This document shows positions 61,879 through 64,000 of a stretch of DNA of 64,000 nucleotides, in pieces. Source of the DNA: an uncultured bacterium (GTDB lineage: Bacteria; Cyanobacteriota; Vampirovibrionia; Gastranaerophilales; Gastranaerophilaceae); NCBI GenBank assembly GCA_903885635.1, contig CAISJE010000076.1, positions 588 through 64,587 of the forward strand. The letters are read 5' to 3'. The position numbers and the translations under genes were made by a program. Below the pieces are notes generated by a model. It did not search any database. It was given only the letters and a program-made list of their open reading frames with translations, and was not told the origin of the DNA. Within the stretch, counting starts at the first letter, position 1. Each line of letters begins with the position of its first letter.

Positions 61879-63261
61879 ATGGCTTTTTGTGAGCAAATTT
61901 CAGAAACTACATATCGAATAACTGTCTGTCTAGGTTATGATTCTAAGGGCAAAAAATTACGCAAAAGAAAAACTGTTAAGATAGACAAAACACTCACCTC
62001 TAAACAACTTAAAAACGAGCTAAATCGCCAAAAGGTATTATTTGAAGAGCAAGTTTCGGGTGGTAATTATTTAGACGGTGAGAATATTACCTTTGCAAAA
62101 TTTACTCAAAAATGGTTTAAGGATTATGCAGAACAAAACCTTGCACCTGCGACATTAGTTTCTTATAGGCAGAAAATAAATGAACGTATTTTGCCTGCGA
62201 TAGGGCATATTGTACTTGCCAAATTACAGCCTACTCATTTAATGGAATTTTATAATAACCTTAAAGAGGATAATATCAGGCTTGACGGTAAATACATCCC
62301 TAAGGAAGCACTATTAAAATGGCTCATTTCTTATAAGGTTGCAGATATAGAAAAAATTACAGGTATCACATTTAAAACCTGCCAAAGGATTAAATTAGGC
62401 AAAAGTACTGATTATAAAACTGGTCAAAAATTTTGTGAAGTTTTTGAGTTGGATATAAATAAAATGTTTAGTTCCAAAAATAAAGAAAAGTTGTCGGAAA
62501 AAACAATCAGAAATCACATAGGGATAATATGCTCAATTCTTTCAACTGCTGTTAAATGGAATATTATAAAGGATAATCCTGCAAAACGAATAGACATGAA
62601 AAAAGCACCAAAATCAAAGCCTAGGTATTATGATGACAAGCAAATAGTTTTTTTACTTAACGCTTTACAAAATGAACCTTTGGCATATAGGACTATGATT
62701 TACCTGACTCTTGATATTGGATTAAGAAAGAGTGAGCTTACGGGTTTGATGTGGGAGGATATAGATTTTGAAAAAGCTACAATTAACATCAATAAACAAA
62801 GACATTATATATTGGGTAAAGGAATAATTGAGGAAACTCCAAAAACTGAAGCAGGAGTGAGAATTGTAACAGCATCTCAAACAGTTATTAGCCTGTTAAA
62901 ACAATATCGAACCCAACAGGTTGAACAAAAATTAAAATTGGGGACAGCTTGGCAAAATGCACCTTATGTATTTTTGCACGAGGATGGTACAGCGATAAAC
63001 CCCAATTTACCCTATAAATGGTTCACAAAATTCTTAGAAAGACATAATTTACCCAAAATAACGTTCCACCAACTTCGCCATACTAACGCAAGCTTATTAA
63101 TATCAGCAGGGGAAGATATAGTAACGGTAAGCGGAAGATTGGGACACGCAGACAAAAATATTACCCTGAATACCTATTCACATATTATAAAAAGTAAAGA
63201 GGCACAAGTTGCAAATAAGATGGATGAGTTTTATGCAGGATTGAAGGTTAATAGAAATTGA
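61879..63261 (+). CDS. int: tyrosine site-specific recombinase (phage/Tn916-type integrase)
   Basis: Catalytic signature ...GLRKSEL..., HQLRHTNAS and GHADKNITLNTYSH. N-terminal arm-binding-like domain. Confidence 0.9.
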   Translation: MAFCEQISETTYRITVCLGYDSKGKKLRKRKTVKIDKTLTSKQLKNELNRQKVLFEEQVSGGNYLDGENITFAKFTQKWFKDYAEQNLAPATLVSYRQKINERILPAIGHIVLAKLQPTHLMEFYNNLKEDNIRLDGKYIPKEALLKWLISYKVADIEKITGITFKTCQRIKLGKSTDYKTGQKFCEVFELDINKMFSSKNKEKLSEKTIRNHIGIICSILSTAVKWNIIKDNPAKRIDMKKAPKSKPRYYDDKQIVFLLNALQNEPLAYRTMIYLTLDIGLRKSELTGLMWEDIDFEKATININKQRHYILGKGIIEETPKTEAGVRIVTASQTVISLLKQYRTQQVEQKLKLGTAWQNAPYVFLHEDGTAINPNLPYKWFTKFLERHNLPKITFHQLRHTNASLLISAGEDIVTVSGRLGHADKNITLNTYSHIIKSKEAQVANKMDEFYAGLKVNRN

Positions 63262-63587
63262 GCATCATTAATAATAATTATGTAATAAAAGCAGGTGGAG
63301 AAAATATTACAATATTATTTCCTGAAGAAAACATTAAAGTAATAGCATTTCCACCATATATGGCAGGTTATAAACCGTATGATAAAGAACCAATGCCTTC
63401 TTGTACTTTATATGCTATGTATGCTATAGATACAGATATACCTTATAGAGAGGCACCTGCATACCCAAACAATAACTTTGAAAACTTTAATAAATACTTT
63501 GAAACAGTTACAGGCTTCCCTATTTCTGAAAGGCTACATGACTTAATTGAGACTAAAGTAAAAAGGAGGATGGAGCTAAGTAAATAA
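63258..63587 (+). CDS. hypothetical protein (TTG start, uncertain)
   Basis: 109-aa ORF overlapping the integrase stop by 4 nt; no early ATG. Confidence 0.3.
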   Translation: MSIINNNYVIKAGGENITILFPEENIKVIAFPPYMAGYKPYDKEPMPSCTLYAMYAIDTDIPYREAPAYPNNNFENFNKYFETVTGFPISERLHDLIETKVKRRMELSK

Positions 63588-63610
63588 GTATAAATCAAAT
63601 AATTTTCAAA

Positions 63611-63637
63611 AAGGATGAGCATAGTTCATCCTTTTAC
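63611..63637 (+). terminator. possible terminator hairpin (weak T tract)
   Basis: AAGGATGA / TCATCCTT stem with a 7-nt loop, followed by TTT. Confidence 0.35.
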
Positions 63638-63689
63638 GCATGATAAATTTATAAGATTAAGACGTAAAACTTTAAGAAAGGATAGACCA

Positions 63690-64000
63690 ATGAAAAAGCT
63701 TTTAGTTATAGCATTGTTGCTTATAGGAACTACAGTTCAAGCAAAATCAATACAATTACTAGGATATGATGTTAATGGTAAACCTATGTATGGATATAGT
63801 GTAGATAGAACTGGATTATCAAAACAGTTAGAGGATACTTATACTGATACCAGTCACTATGACCTTAATGTAGGTAATCAACCTGTTCAATCAAACCAAC
63901 AAGTTTATAGCACAGGGAGTAATTATAGTTATAATCCACAACCGCAACAAACAAAAAGTATTGCTAAACAGGCTATTATGAATACAGCTACTTCAGCTAT
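63690..64000 (+). CDS. secreted Q/N/Y-rich hypothetical protein (5' partial, runs off the window)
   Basis: ATG at 63690. Signal MKKLLVIALLLIGTTVQA. The frame is open to the window end. Confidence 0.55.
   Translation, partial: MKKLLVIALLLIGTTVQAKSIQLLGYDVNGKPMYGYSVDRTGLSKQLEDTYTDTSHYDLNVGNQPVQSNQQVYSTGSNYSYNPQPQQTKSIAKQAIMNTATSA

Larger units (their letters stand above)
58590..63640 (+). mobile_element. integration/replication module of an integrative element; element limits not identified
   Basis: Co-oriented XRE, Xis-like HTH, helicase-like, Zn-finger/Toprim and tyrosine integrase genes. Confidence 0.5.

Noticed and set aside
1-64000. A search for tRNA, rRNA, tmRNA or CRISPR loci.
   Set aside because: I saw no cloverleaf-like GC-rich ~75-nt segments, no rRNA-like conserved blocks and no spaced direct repeats. 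The absence should be confirmed with tRNAscan-SE, Infernal and a CRISPR finder.

Overview
AT-rich bacterial chromosome segment in three parts. (1) ~1-31.5 kb is a Mu-like transposable prophage. It has a Ner-like HTH, MuA-like DDE transposase, MuB-like ATPase and GemA/Mor-like early genes, then a minus-strand accessory block. Two divergent late operons follow: minus strand runs scaffold, capsid, sheath, tube, chaperone with -1 frameshift, tape measure, baseplate, fibre and amidase; plus strand runs terminase, DUF935 portal, C5-methyltransferase, MuF, Dam and gpG. Unexplained GC-rich structured elements sit at or inside phage cistrons. (2) ~31.6-46.6 kb is a cluster of about eleven genes: an AAA+ ATPase and a degenerate paralogue, an ankyrin protein, an M16 peptidase, an HExxH protein, coiled-coil/heptad proteins and a membrane anchor. 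Their products lack Sec signals but share a bipartite N-terminal leader (M-x-[ILV]-T-x-[IV]-Q-like start, an N/Q/K/T-rich linker, then [IV]SF[KTS]G). I regard this as the best candidate for an undescribed sorting or processing system. (3) ~46.8-63.6 kb looks like a defence/mobile island. It holds a PP-loop (PAPS-reductase/DndC-like) gene with an unknown partner, a secreted SNase-PLD fusion nuclease and a single-chain Type IIB-like R-M-S enzyme. It also holds three secreted or membrane proteins and an integration/replication module (XRE, Xis-like, helicase-like, Zn-finger/Toprim, tyrosine integrase) with a hairpin/iteron region. I saw no rRNA, tRNA or CRISPR array. All functional calls rest on motifs read by eye plus gene order; no database search was run.
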